Shown here in pieces: positions 1 through 9,494 of a stretch of DNA of 64,000 nt. The stretch's first letter is position 1, and each line of letters starts with the position of its first letter. Position numbers and translations under genes: made by a program. Source of the DNA: Candidatus Poribacteria bacterium (GTDB lineage Bacteria; Poribacteria; WGA-4E; PCPOR2b); the NCBI GenBank assembly GCA_965116925.1, contig OZ220744.1, forward strand, positions 2,848,001 to 2,912,000. The letters run 5' to 3'. Under the pieces are notes generated by a model. That model saw nothing but the letters and a program-made list of their open reading frames with translations, was not told where the DNA came from and made no database searches.

Positions 1-39
1 ATCCCAGCACCCCAAAACCCTAGAGGAGCGACATATATG

Positions 40-291
40 TAACCTAAGTTGCTAGTCGCTGAAAGTCCACCGTTTTTTGTCAGAGCAGAGCCTCCCCGAC
101 TATCTAGTAGGTCCTTTGTCTTTCGCTCCAGAGGAGCGATATGTCTATAGAAGGATAACATGTTCAATCCCTGCGCTCCAGAGGAGCGCAATGTGTATAG
201 CAATAGCCAAGCACTGCCGATAAATTGAAGTCCTAAGAACGGATTGGCGAAGTCGGAGCCGAGCGGGTTTTATAACTAGCAACTTGCGTTA
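40..291. mobile_element. MITE-like element, 17-bp imperfect TIRs, 4-bp flanking direct repeat TATG
   Basis: TAACCTAAGTTGCTAGT (40-56) vs ACTAGCAACTTGCGTTA (275-291), 15/17 inverted match; TATG at 36-39 and 292-295; two internal CGCTCCAGAGGAGCG hairpins; related left part at ~39672. Confidence 0.75.
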
Positions 292-554
292 TATGCAGTT
301 AAATTGTCGAGTATGGAAACCCAACACTTATAGGATATAATACCGAGTGGAATCCGTCTGACATTATATCGACATACACAGAAATGTCAACGAAAAACAG
401 TGGGCAGCATAGATTCAGAAAGGTCGGAAAGGCGTCATCTTATCTGTATATTTCCACCAGATATACGCTTGACTTTACACAGAACAGATGGCAAAATAGA
501 TATAGATAAGGTCTACTAAATCTATTTCTAATTCAATGAGAAAGGGAAACAACG

Positions 555-1280
555 ATGTCACGAAAGAAGATACTTATTACAGGCGCGGCGGGCAAAATCG
601 GGCGGGTGTTACGTGATGGGCTCAAAGACGATTACGATTTGCGGCTCCTCTATCACAGGACAGTTCTGCCAGCAGCACCGGGGGAAGAGGTCCATATAGC
701 AAGCGTCAAAGATCTTGACAAAATGGTAGAGGTAGTCGGCGGTGTGGATTCGGTCGTTCACATGGCAGGGGATCCCGAAGTTGGCGCATCGTTTCAATCG
801 GTCTACGAGAACAACATCTTAGGCACCTACTGCATCTACGAAGCAGCCCGGCGAACCGGCGTGCCCCAAGTGATTTTTGCTAGCACCAACCACGTGACCG
901 GATTCTATGAAATAGACGGTATCTATACAAAACCTGAAATGCCGGTGCGTCCCGATAGCCACTACGGTGCTAGCAAAGCCTACGGTGAAGCATTGGGCAG
1001 ATACTATGTCGATGAATTCGGGCTGCGCGTAATCTGCCTGCGGATTGGCACATTTCAACCGGTGGAGTCAGTGCAGAACCGGACAAGTGATCGCATCCTG
1101 TCCACTTGGCTAAGCCACCGAGATATGGTGCATATGACCAAACAGAGCATTGAGGCGGAGTCGGTGAAGTTCGGCATCTATTACGGCATCTCGAATAATA
1201 CACGCGCCTACTGGGATACCGAGAATGCCCGAAAAGAAATCGGCTACGACCCCGAAGACAACGCCGAAGATTATGCTTGA
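555..1280 (+). CDS. NAD-dependent epimerase/dehydratase, uronate dehydrogenase-like SDR
   Basis: ITGAAGKIG Rossmann motif, ASTNHVTG, YGASK catalytic motif, LRIG, WLSHRD. Confidence 0.9.
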   Translation: MSRKKILITGAAGKIGRVLRDGLKDDYDLRLLYHRTVLPAAPGEEVHIASVKDLDKMVEVVGGVDSVVHMAGDPEVGASFQSVYENNILGTYCIYEAARRTGVPQVIFASTNHVTGFYEIDGIYTKPEMPVRPDSHYGASKAYGEALGRYYVDEFGLRVICLRIGTFQPVESVQNRTSDRILSTWLSHRDMVHMTKQSIEAESVKFGIYYGISNNTRAYWDTENARKEIGYDPEDNAEDYA

Positions 1281-2002
1281 GTGCCGTTCGCAGACAGAAT
1301 TGTCGCCATGACGCTTGGGGTATCGCTCAGATCGTCAAAGAGGGCATCCGGCTTATATGGTGCTAATTCTGCACGAGAATATGTGCCCGTAGCCACAGCG
1401 ATGGCATAGGCTCCGGCGTGACGAGCGCACTCAATATCACGGGGTGTATCCCCAATAATCACAATGTCTTTGTCGGTGAATCTTTCACCCGTTTGCTCAA
1501 AAGCGCGACACGCAGCGATGGCAGGCAGCGCATTGCGGGAACGTGCATCATCCCCAAATGCGCCGAATTGGAAAAAGGGGTTCAAATTAAAAACGTCCAA
1601 CTTCGCAGCTGCACCGCCCTTATTATTACCAGTCAAAAGGCCGGGCAAACACGCCTCGTGGTTTGTCACCGCTAAAATTAATTCCCGCACACCGTCCAAC
1701 AATCTGACATTCGCGCCTTCCGCTTTGCAGCCTTCTCTCAAGAGTTTAGCGATGCGGTCAAAAATATCCGGCAGCAGTTGTTGGACAGTGCTTTCGGGAA
1801 GCACCCCCTCCAAGATGTCATGGACAATCTGCGTGTCCATCCCTCCCGACATCCGTACCCGTCCAAGTTCAGGGGTTGGATTGTCACCGAACATCTGCTT
1901 TTCGTGGCAAACCTCCTCGATCGCTTGGTAGAGCGCCCTGCCTCCAATTCCACCTGTACTCAATATAGTGCCATCAATATCAAATAAAACCAGTTTCCTC
2001 AT
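1271..2002 (-). CDS. HAD-family hydrolase/phosphatase
   Basis: LFDIDGT motif I, LTGN, IGDTPRD motif IV; 3' end overlaps the convergent gene by 10 nt. Confidence 0.9.
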   Translation of the reverse strand: MRKLVLFDIDGTILSTGGIGGRALYQAIEEVCHEKQMFGDNPTPELGRVRMSGGMDTQIVHDILEGVLPESTVQQLLPDIFDRIAKLLREGCKAEGANVRLLDGVRELILAVTNHEACLPGLLTGNNKGGAAAKLDVFNLNPFFQFGAFGDDARSRNALPAIAACRAFEQTGERFTDKDIVIIGDTPRDIECARHAGAYAIAVATGTYSRAELAPYKPDALFDDLSDTPSVMATILSANGTQA

Positions 2003-2051
2003 CTATTATTGTTGTCCTCGGATCGTTTGATTATCTGTTACACATTTCAAA

Positions 2052-2756
2052 CTAAAATTTAGTATCATTCCCTTTATAAATCCGCTCACCACGCACCAGA
2101 ACCCGCTTCGGGTTATCAAGGGAAAGTTCATCACGGGTATGATAACCTAGCGTCATGCTCATGCGCGTTCCGTCTGTCCGGTTTTTGCCAGCGGAATGAA
2201 TTATCATGCTGTCAATGGCAAGCAGTTCACCGGCTTTCATGGGCACGGGGATGATTTGATTCAAAGCGACTTGATGCACGGAATCACTACCATTCAGATC
2301 CACGAAGTCCGGCAATATGTGTGACCCCGGCACCACATGGGTGCAGCCATTCTCTAAATTGGTATCTTCAAGGTAGACCAACACCGTTACAATAGTGCGC
2401 GACCAATGTCTCACATCACGGTGGAGTTCCAATGAAGCGGTTGAATCACGGTCACGCAGATAAACGTGGTTATGTCGATTGCACACGAATTCAATATTGG
2501 GACCCAATAGAGATTCCAACGGATTGAGAATTTCGTCGCACACGATTGTCTCCTGAAAGATGCCACCGCGTCCCCATAGATCGGAGATGCGAATCACCCG
2601 TCCGTCTTTATTACGCGCTACCGGCTCAACTTCCTCCTGAATGTCTTTTAATGCCATCACTTTTAGTTCGTCCACAAGACCATCGTTCAACCGTGTCGGT
2701 AGTTTGACGAAGCCGTTATGCCGAAAAAGTTGTACCTCTTGAGGTGTAAGTACCAT
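2052..2756 (-). CDS. Phytanoyl-CoA dioxygenase (PhyH) family Fe(II)/2OG dioxygenase
   Basis: HRD and distal H (IIHSAGKN), NGCTHVVPGSH; start moved to MVLTPQEV after GGAG SD. Confidence 0.88.
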   Translation of the reverse strand: MVLTPQEVQLFRHNGFVKLPTRLNDGLVDELKVMALKDIQEEVEPVARNKDGRVIRISDLWGRGGIFQETIVCDEILNPLESLLGPNIEFVCNRHNHVYLRDRDSTASLELHRDVRHWSRTIVTVLVYLEDTNLENGCTHVVPGSHILPDFVDLNGSDSVHQVALNQIIPVPMKAGELLAIDSMIIHSAGKNRTDGTRMSMTLGYHTRDELSLDNPKRVLVRGERIYKGNDTKF

Positions 2757-2810
2757 CCTAATTCTCCCTGTTTCTGCTTTGTGCTTGTTTCCGTACCTTA
2801 ATCCCATTAG

Positions 2811-4463
2811 TTACACAGGCTTAAAATCGCTGCCCGGCCCCGATGAACCTCGCTCACGGTTCGTCATAAACTCAAGCAATACCGGAAGCCCTTCCTCCTC
2901 AGTGACACGACGAGCACGCTGGAACGCCGGAACAATCTCTGCGGGATTTTCAATCCGTTCTCCATGGCCGCCCATCGCGCGGGCAAGGTCTGCGTAGTCG
3001 CTGCCGAGATTGCTAATCTGATACTCCGCTTCAGCAACACCCCGCGCTTCGCCTGCCATACCACCGTTGTTAAACAGCGTTACAATAATAGGAATCCTTT
3101 CCCGCACGGCGGTTTCAAAGTCCAACCCAACCATGCCAAACGCTGTATCACCCGTAACATAGGTACAAACTTTTTCCGGCTTCGCCAGTTTGGCACCGAT
3201 GATGAGTCCTAAGCCTGTGCCAAGTGCGTGGGATCTACCCCAACCGATAAAACTACGCGGTCCGGCAGACTGATAAAAGCTAATCATCCGTTCACGAGGG
3301 CTGCCCGCGTCATGGGTCACAATCGCATCTTCAGGGGGAATCGCCCGCATCAAGTCCCAGATTACACGAAAGGGGGTGATGGGGGTCTCATCGCTTGTAA
3401 GTTTGGGCATCCAGTCACGGAGCCACTCTGAATTGATGGAGGTGATTTGTGAAGCCACATCGTCCGTTGACCGAGCCTGATTTCCTGTAATATCTTTGCA
3501 CGCCTCTAACAGTTGGCAGAGGACTAGCTTGGCATCTCCGACGATGGGATAGTCCGCGTCAAGATCTTTCTGAAGGTCAACGGGATCGTTTGTGGCGTGA
3601 ATAATCGTTCTACCCTCCGGCACTCGCATCGCCATGACGTGGTCAGTAAAGCTGCAGCCAATCCCGCATATCAGATCCGATGCGTGCAGGAAATGGTGAA
3701 GTACCTTGGGCATTGAACCCGTTGCACACCCCAAAGCGAGCGGATGCGATTCAGGGAAAGCACTTTTTCCCATCAATGTCGTCAGCACGGGTACAGCCAA
3801 GTATTCGGAAAGTTTTCGCAGCTCTTCCGTCGCTTCCGCGTACAGGACTCCTTGCCCAGCGATAATGACAGGATTTTGGGCACTACATAGGGCTTTGGCA
3901 GCGGCTTCAATATCCCTCGGATCTCCTTGGGATTTGACAGGTTTCACATGAGAGGCGTCTCCATTGAAATCACCCACCTCTTGCATCGCCACATCCGCCG
4001 GTATTTCGACCATCACAGGTCCCGGTCTACCCTGACGCAACGCCGCCAGAGAACGACGCATTACACCGTGAACACGCTCCGTCGAGGTCACCACTTCGAC
4101 CCGCTTGGTAATAGCAGCGTAGCTAACCTCTGACCGAAACAGCGGCGACACCCCCTGCCGATCGACCGGATGTCCAAGCGGCAATAGAAGCATCGGAACC
4201 GAGTCAGAATAAGCGGTGGCTACGCCCGAAAAACTGTTTTCGGTCCCCGGACCGTATTGCATGGCGAAGACCCCGGGGGTGGCTCCATTTGTGACCCTTG
4301 AATACCCGTCTGCAATATGTACCCCGACCCGTTCCTGCCGGCAGATAATCGGACGGATGCCTGCCTGGGCTGCGGCTTCAATCATCGATGTCGTGGGAAA
4401 ACAACTCAAATACTCGATCCCTTGCGCTTTCAACGTTTTCGCAATCGCATCTATCGTTTTCAT
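2811..4463 (-). CDS. Thiamine diphosphate-dependent enzyme (acetolactate synthase-like superfamily)
   Basis: RQE..GVHIADGY, GPG, PGPV.VEIP, GDTAFGM...NN ThDP-binding motif. Confidence 0.9.
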   Translation of the reverse strand: MKTIDAIAKTLKAQGIEYLSCFPTTSMIEAAAQAGIRPIICRQERVGVHIADGYSRVTNGATPGVFAMQYGPGTENSFSGVATAYSDSVPMLLLPLGHPVDRQGVSPLFRSEVSYAAITKRVEVVTSTERVHGVMRRSLAALRQGRPGPVMVEIPADVAMQEVGDFNGDASHVKPVKSQGDPRDIEAAAKALCSAQNPVIIAGQGVLYAEATEELRKLSEYLAVPVLTTLMGKSAFPESHPLALGCATGSMPKVLHHFLHASDLICGIGCSFTDHVMAMRVPEGRTIIHATNDPVDLQKDLDADYPIVGDAKLVLCQLLEACKDITGNQARSTDDVASQITSINSEWLRDWMPKLTSDETPITPFRVIWDLMRAIPPEDAIVTHDAGSPRERMISFYQSAGPRSFIGWGRSHALGTGLGLIIGAKLAKPEKVCTYVTGDTAFGMVGLDFETAVRERIPIIVTLFNNGGMAGEARGVAEAEYQISNLGSDYADLARAMGGHGERIENPAEIVPAFQRARRVTEEEGLPVLLEFMTNRERGSSGPGSDFKPV

Positions 4464-4500
4464 GCCAACCCCTTCCGTTAAACCAAACTGTTAATCCTTT

Positions 4501-4632
4501 CGCTCATGTTAAGATTTAGTGCAAAGAAACCGAATATTCGTAGGGGTTGGGTCCCCCAACCCTTACGGCGGGAGGGGAGACCCTGCCCCTACGATTTCGC
4601 TTCGTGTTTTGCACTTTCTTTTTACATGAGCC
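4501..4632. mobile_element. MITE with (C/G)GCTCATGT termini and 8-bp target duplication AATCCTTT, carrying a GTAG-REP core
   Basis: CGCTCATGTTAA...TTACATGAGCC; AATCCTTT at 4493-4500 and 4633-4640; internal CGTAGGGG...CCCCTACG. Confidence 0.8.
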
Positions 4633-4724
4633 AATCCTTTATACGTGTACAAGCCCTGAACACGCCCGTCCTATCCTGACATAATTCTAGCACATCGTCA
4701 AGTAGAAAAGCGACCCATGCCGCA

Positions 4725-5909
4725 CTACCCTCGCTGGAGACTCCACGGCATCGCCATGATTCGTTCCATGCCCTCCTCATCCAACGAAACCCCTAACCCC
4801 GGACCATCTGGCACCGGCACACATCCCTCATCGTCAAGCACGAAAGGTTCTTTGAAGTACCCTTTACCGATTAAGGTACGGGAGCCGTCGCGCGTGTCAT
4901 TTACTTCGTTGTGTTCCTGTACCAAGAAATTGGGCGTGCAAGCGTCTAGCTGGATTGACGCTGCCAGTGCAAGCGGACTGAGCGGACAGTGCAACGCTAG
5001 CTTGGCGTAGGCGGCTTCGCCCATCACCGCAATTTTGCGGCACTCCGTAATACCACCCGCGTGGCAGATGTCCGGCTGTAACACGGACAACGCACCGCGT
5101 GACAGTGCATCGAAGAAGATCCATTTGCCCATCCAACGTTCACCAGCGGCAATTGGAACGGTGGCGTTTTGTGTAATTTGGGCGAGCACGTCCACTCGTT
5201 CAACAGGCATCGGTTCTTCGACAAAAAGCGGTCGGTGCGGGGTAAGCACCTCAATGAGTTGTTTGGCGATCGCCGGATGCGGATTATGGATGTCTACAGC
5301 TACGTCAGCATTGGGTCCCGCCCCCTCGCACACAGCACCGAATTTTTCCCCAAACGCCTCCACCTGTGAAGTAATTGGTAAGTCAGTCCCCGGACCGAAA
5401 TGGACCTTCAGGCATCGGAAGCCCCATTCTTCGGTCAGTACCCGCGCTGCTTCCCTATAGGCTTCCGGCGAATCAGGTATCAGTGAGCTTTCCGGTGGTC
5501 TTCCAGCGCGGTAGGGTTGCCCCGGCTCCACACACCAAGGGAGCCCGCCGCCCGTCGCATGATACATACGAATTCGGTCGTGGCACGCACCGCCGAGCAT
5601 CTTGTGGATGGGCAGTCCTGCCGCTTTGCCCGCCAAGTCCCACAGCGCAATGTCAATCCCACTGATCGCACTCATCTTGATAGGTCCGCCCACATAGCCC
5701 TCGCCGTACATCAGATGCCATAGTTCTTCGACACGGCACGGGTCTTTCCCAATCAGCAGCGGCTCAAGCCGTTTAACTTCGGTGATGACGGTTTCGGAAT
5801 GGTTCTCAAGGTGGGGTTCGCCCAGCCCGGTCAGTTCGGTGTCGGTATGTATCCGCAACCAAACCCAACTCGGTGGCACTCGCAAAATTTCGAGTTCAGT
5901 GATTTTCAT
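4725..5909 (-). CDS. Mandelate racemase/galactonate dehydratase-like enolase-superfamily acid-sugar dehydratase
   Basis: MKITELEI start with GGAG SD; SGIDIALWDLAGK; DIH, EEP, GER metal ligands; QPDICHAGG; PGLGV. The longer ORF start overlaps the upstream gene. Confidence 0.9.
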   Translation of the reverse strand: MKITELEILRVPPSWVWLRIHTDTELTGLGEPHLENHSETVITEVKRLEPLLIGKDPCRVEELWHLMYGEGYVGGPIKMSAISGIDIALWDLAGKAAGLPIHKMLGGACHDRIRMYHATGGGLPWCVEPGQPYRAGRPPESSLIPDSPEAYREAARVLTEEWGFRCLKVHFGPGTDLPITSQVEAFGEKFGAVCEGAGPNADVAVDIHNPHPAIAKQLIEVLTPHRPLFVEEPMPVERVDVLAQITQNATVPIAAGERWMGKWIFFDALSRGALSVLQPDICHAGGITECRKIAVMGEAAYAKLALHCPLSPLALAASIQLDACTPNFLVQEHNEVNDTRDGSRTLIGKGYFKEPFVLDDEGCVPVPDGPGLGVSLDEEGMERIMAMPWSLQRG

Positions 5910-5934
5910 AGCTCTCCTTCGTGTTGTAACTATC

Positions 5935-7050
5935 TCAATGAGCCACAGAACCATCGGCATGGAAACTGCCGGTAATCTGCCTCGATTGGTAAGGGAAGTT
6001 CCCCAGCTTATCTTCGTTGATATCCAATCCAATACCCGGTTTGTCCGGGACAATAACATACCCACCATCTCGCTCAAGGGGGTGATCAACAATCTCGTTG
6101 AACGCGTCAGCACCGGTATGGCACTCATGTGTGAAAAAGTTGGGGATGGCTGCATCGAGTTGCACAAATGCGGCAAGGTTGACCGGACTCCCCATCAAGT
6201 GCGGGAAAATACCCACAAAGGAGGCTTCGGCGAGTGCTGCGATTTTTTTGCAGTGCGTGATGCCCCCTGCCAGTGAAACATCGGGACGGATGAGGCTGAC
6301 CGTTTTTTTATCGATGAGCTCTTTGAACTGTTGGATGTTGTAGAAACGCTCACCGGTCGCTATCGGAATGTGAACGTGCTGTGCAACATACTCCAACGCC
6401 TCAATGCTCTGCGGTGCGATTGGGTCCTCATAGTAAAGGATTCGGAACGGCGCAAGTTCACTGGCGAGAATGATTGCCTCATCCGGTGTCAGGTTTCGGT
6501 GAATCTCAAGCCCCAGATCAATATCGTTACCAACTGCCTCGCGGATGGTTCGGACAATCTCCACAGCCGTTGTAATCGCTTGGGTTGAAGTCCCCTTCTC
6601 CCAATTCGAGAAAAATGGGGTTGTTCGGAGCGAGATGTATCCCGCCTCGACATTTTGGATCGCGCTTTCTGCTCGTTCAGCCAGTGTATCTCCGCCAACA
6701 TTGTTAAAGACCTTGACCTTGTCCCGACACTTTCCGCCGAGCAGCTGATACACCGGCAGGTTGACCGATTTCCCCAATATGTCCCACAGTGCAACATCAA
6801 TGGCACTCATCGCAGCACTGATGGCAGCCCCCATGAAGTGGGAGTTTCTCGAAACCACCTGAAAATGATGCTCGATACGAGCGGGATCTTTGCCAACGTA
6901 GTATTCGCTCAGTTCAAGTATGGTTTCATGCACTGTTTTGTGATGTGCCCACAACCCGGCTTCACCATTGCCCACAATCCCTTCATCGGTGTAGACTCTA
7001 ACTAGCAGGAAGCCATCTACCAGAAACGGCGTTATCTTCTCAATTTTCAT
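5935..7050 (-). CDS. Galactonate dehydratase (DgoD)-like enolase-superfamily dehydratase
   Basis: SAIDVALWDILGK, LLGGKCRDKV, EIH, YEDP, TGER, PGIG. Confidence 0.9.
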   Translation of the reverse strand: MKIEKITPFLVDGFLLVRVYTDEGIVGNGEAGLWAHHKTVHETILELSEYYVGKDPARIEHHFQVVSRNSHFMGAAISAAMSAIDVALWDILGKSVNLPVYQLLGGKCRDKVKVFNNVGGDTLAERAESAIQNVEAGYISLRTTPFFSNWEKGTSTQAITTAVEIVRTIREAVGNDIDLGLEIHRNLTPDEAIILASELAPFRILYYEDPIAPQSIEALEYVAQHVHIPIATGERFYNIQQFKELIDKKTVSLIRPDVSLAGGITHCKKIAALAEASFVGIFPHLMGSPVNLAAFVQLDAAIPNFFTHECHTGADAFNEIVDHPLERDGGYVIVPDKPGIGLDINEDKLGNFPYQSRQITGSFHADGSVAH

Positions 7051-7138
7051 TTCACAACCTTCCTCTCACTCTTAGTTCACGTTTCACGCATCACGTTTCA
7101 TGTTCTTGGTATTTTACACTTTCTTTTTATATGAGCCT

Positions 7139-7948
7139 CTATATCTTCGATGTCTTTACAATTTCATCGGTAGCATTTCGCGCATGAGTATAGCCATTGA
7201 TAAGAGCAGTAACATCGTGACAACAGTTGAGCCAGCGGGTGCCTTTCTCAACGACAGTCCGCATCGGTTCGCCCGGATCAACCGCCGTGCCCATTGTCTT
7301 TCCGTGAACGCGACACGCCTCACCCACCCTGTCGAAAGCCTCAAGCACGACCTCCCGCGTAATCGGGTGTCCCGGTTCGCGTTCTACGCCGTAGCTGTGT
7401 GCGAGATCACCGGGACCCACAAACAGTAGATCAATTCCCTCAACAGCAGCGATCGCTTCAACGTCGTCCACCCCTTCCTTGTCCTCGATCATCACACCGA
7501 GCAGCGTATTTTCGTTGGCTTGATCTAAGAACTCCCCGCGTTCAATCTGTCCAAATAGCGAGTCCCTACCACCACCCATACCGCGCAGACCGAGGGGGCG
7601 AAACTTTGCCATGCGGACAAACTGACGCGCCTCATCGGCACTTCTGCAGTGGGGCCAGATCAGACCACCGGCTCCCAGTTCCAATGTCTTCATGACCTGA
7701 TTGTAGGGACCGTGAGGGATACGAACAATGACATCAAGATCAACCGTTCGCGCAGCCAATACCATATTGGAAAGACCACCCAAATCAAGATGGCTATGCT
7801 CCATGTCTATCCACACGCAGCTGTATCCCGCCAGAGCTAGCACTTCTACAACAATTGGGTTGGATACCCGATTAATCTCAGGAACAGCAATAGTTTCACC
7901 CCTGAGAAGCGCGGCTTTTGTATGATTAACTTTGTATTGATTTATCAT
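7139..7948 (-). CDS. HpcH/HpaI aldolase family protein
   Basis: WIDMEH, P.GLRG, MIEDKEGV..VEAIAAVEGID.LFVGPGDL. Confidence 0.9.
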   Translation of the reverse strand: MINQYKVNHTKAALLRGETIAVPEINRVSNPIVVEVLALAGYSCVWIDMEHSHLDLGGLSNMVLAARTVDLDVIVRIPHGPYNQVMKTLELGAGGLIWPHCRSADEARQFVRMAKFRPLGLRGMGGGRDSLFGQIERGEFLDQANENTLLGVMIEDKEGVDDVEAIAAVEGIDLLFVGPGDLAHSYGVEREPGHPITREVVLEAFDRVGEACRVHGKTMGTAVDPGEPMRTVVEKGTRWLNCCHDVTALINGYTHARNATDEIVKTSKI

Positions 7949-8008
7949 CTAGATTTCCTATCTTCAACGGTTGCGGTATCCGCACTATTAGCATAATACA
8001 ATCCGAAT

Positions 8009-9178
8009 TCAAGAGGCAGCGGCAACTGCAGCCGGAAATTTTGGCAAAACCTCTCTGCCAAACTTTTCTATATCCCGCCGGATTGCGCTCGGAGGGATCG
8101 CTAAAGCACCGGCACCTATCGTCACACGCTCTAGTCCGGGCAATCTTTCCTGAATCCCTGAAATCTTTTCAAAAACGTGCTCAGGTGGGCCGCATATCCA
8201 TCCACCACCACTCACCAGATCATGAACGGTTGGAAGGCCAGCCAGCGGTGCTTTCTCTGGATCGAAAGTCGCTTGAATCTGTCCCTCAGTGAGCGTAGGC
8301 ATTCTTCCCAACGGTGCCAGCACCTTGAGTTGTTCCTCAAACCAGACAGTCGCCTCCTGAATTGCCTTCTCTTCGGTATCAGCGATATGTATTTGTAGGA
8401 CAAGTGCCAAGCCCTCACCGAGTTCCGTGGCGCGTCCGGCGCGTAAATGCGCTTCACCCCACTTTTCAGCAATTTCATAAACTCGTGGACCTCCGGGGAC
8501 GACGCCCTTGATACCGTGCTTAACCATAAAGTCGATACCCCGCGGACTCGCGCTGAAGATGGGTTGCCAGCATTCCACAGGCAGATTGAAGGGACGAGGC
8601 ACAAGTGTTATTTCCTCCAACTCCTGTCCCCGGTTGAGAACCCGCGCCGGCAGGTCGTAGTGCTCCCCACGATGAGAGAAAGATTGCTCATTCCACGCCT
8701 TGAAAATAATCTCGACCTGCTCCTCAAACAGTTCGCGGTTTGCCGAGTCATCCTCAAGCGGCGATCCCAGTGTTTCTACCTCCCGTGGGATGTAACCCCG
8801 ACCGATGCCGAATCTGACACGCCCCTTTGTAAGGATGTCCGCCATGGCAAAGTCTTCAGCCAATCGAAGCGGGTGCCATGCGGGGATGGTATTAAAAAAG
8901 CCGCCGAACTTGAGCCGCTCGGTATTCTGTGCGAGATAAAGACTGAGCATCGGTATGTTCGGAATCCCGCCGTAACCTTCACGCTGAAAGTGGTGCTCAG
9001 CGAGCCACAGGGTGTCAAAATTCAATTTGTCCATTAACTGAGCGATCGCCTGCGATTCGTCGAAAACAGAGGCGAGGTGCGCGTCCGATTCTATTCTATC
9101 GTCAACACGGAGGCCCTGGAAACCCATGTTATCCATCTCCACATGCCCTCCGTAGAAGTAATCAAATTTGGTTATCAT
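8009..9178 (-). CDS. LLM-class flavin-dependent oxidoreductase (luciferase-like)
   Basis: WLAEHHF, WHPLRLAEDFAMAD, GRVRFGIGRGY; ATG after GGAG SD. Confidence 0.9.
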   Translation of the reverse strand: MITKFDYFYGGHVEMDNMGFQGLRVDDRIESDAHLASVFDESQAIAQLMDKLNFDTLWLAEHHFQREGYGGIPNIPMLSLYLAQNTERLKFGGFFNTIPAWHPLRLAEDFAMADILTKGRVRFGIGRGYIPREVETLGSPLEDDSANRELFEEQVEIIFKAWNEQSFSHRGEHYDLPARVLNRGQELEEITLVPRPFNLPVECWQPIFSASPRGIDFMVKHGIKGVVPGGPRVYEIAEKWGEAHLRAGRATELGEGLALVLQIHIADTEEKAIQEATVWFEEQLKVLAPLGRMPTLTEGQIQATFDPEKAPLAGLPTVHDLVSGGGWICGPPEHVFEKISGIQERLPGLERVTIGAGALAIPPSAIRRDIEKFGREVLPKFPAAVAAAS

Positions 9179-9375
9179 TTGCTTCTCCAACTCTATCGTT
9201 TCACGTTCAAATCACCCCGTGGTCCTTCCAAGTTCCTGTACCACCGGGTCACAATCACCAGACCTGATTGCCATTTTTTGGCTTTATTCGTGCGCCATTT
9301 TACCCCTTCCTTATTCTTCCGTCAATAACAATTTCTTTCGACCAGTTCAAGGACTGTAAGAGATAAAACTAGGTA

Positions 9376-9405
9376 TTGAAAATCTAGATGGCGGTGATGT
9401 ATAAT
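9376..9405 (+). promoter_or_regulatory. Putative sigma70 promoter of the HTH-SBP gene
   Basis: TTGAAA-18 nt-TATAAT. Confidence 0.5.
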
Positions 9406-9445
9406 AACCCAAGTTGCAACTTACCTGTTAGAAAAGCCGGAGTTT

Positions 9446-9463
9446 TCGCCCGTTTTTTACGGG
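9446..9463. promoter_or_regulatory. Candidate palindromic operator TCG-CCCGT-N5-ACGGG
   Basis: Perfect 5-5-5 palindrome at 9449-9463; 16/18 identical copy at 11345-11362. Confidence 0.45.
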
Positions 9464-9494
9464 ACAACACTTTAATTTACTGACACACTCACAA

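Noticed and set aside
5910..6176. N-terminal extension of the 483-aa dehydratase ORF
   Set aside because: Overlaps the upstream dehydratase in another frame; SD and typical start are at 5909
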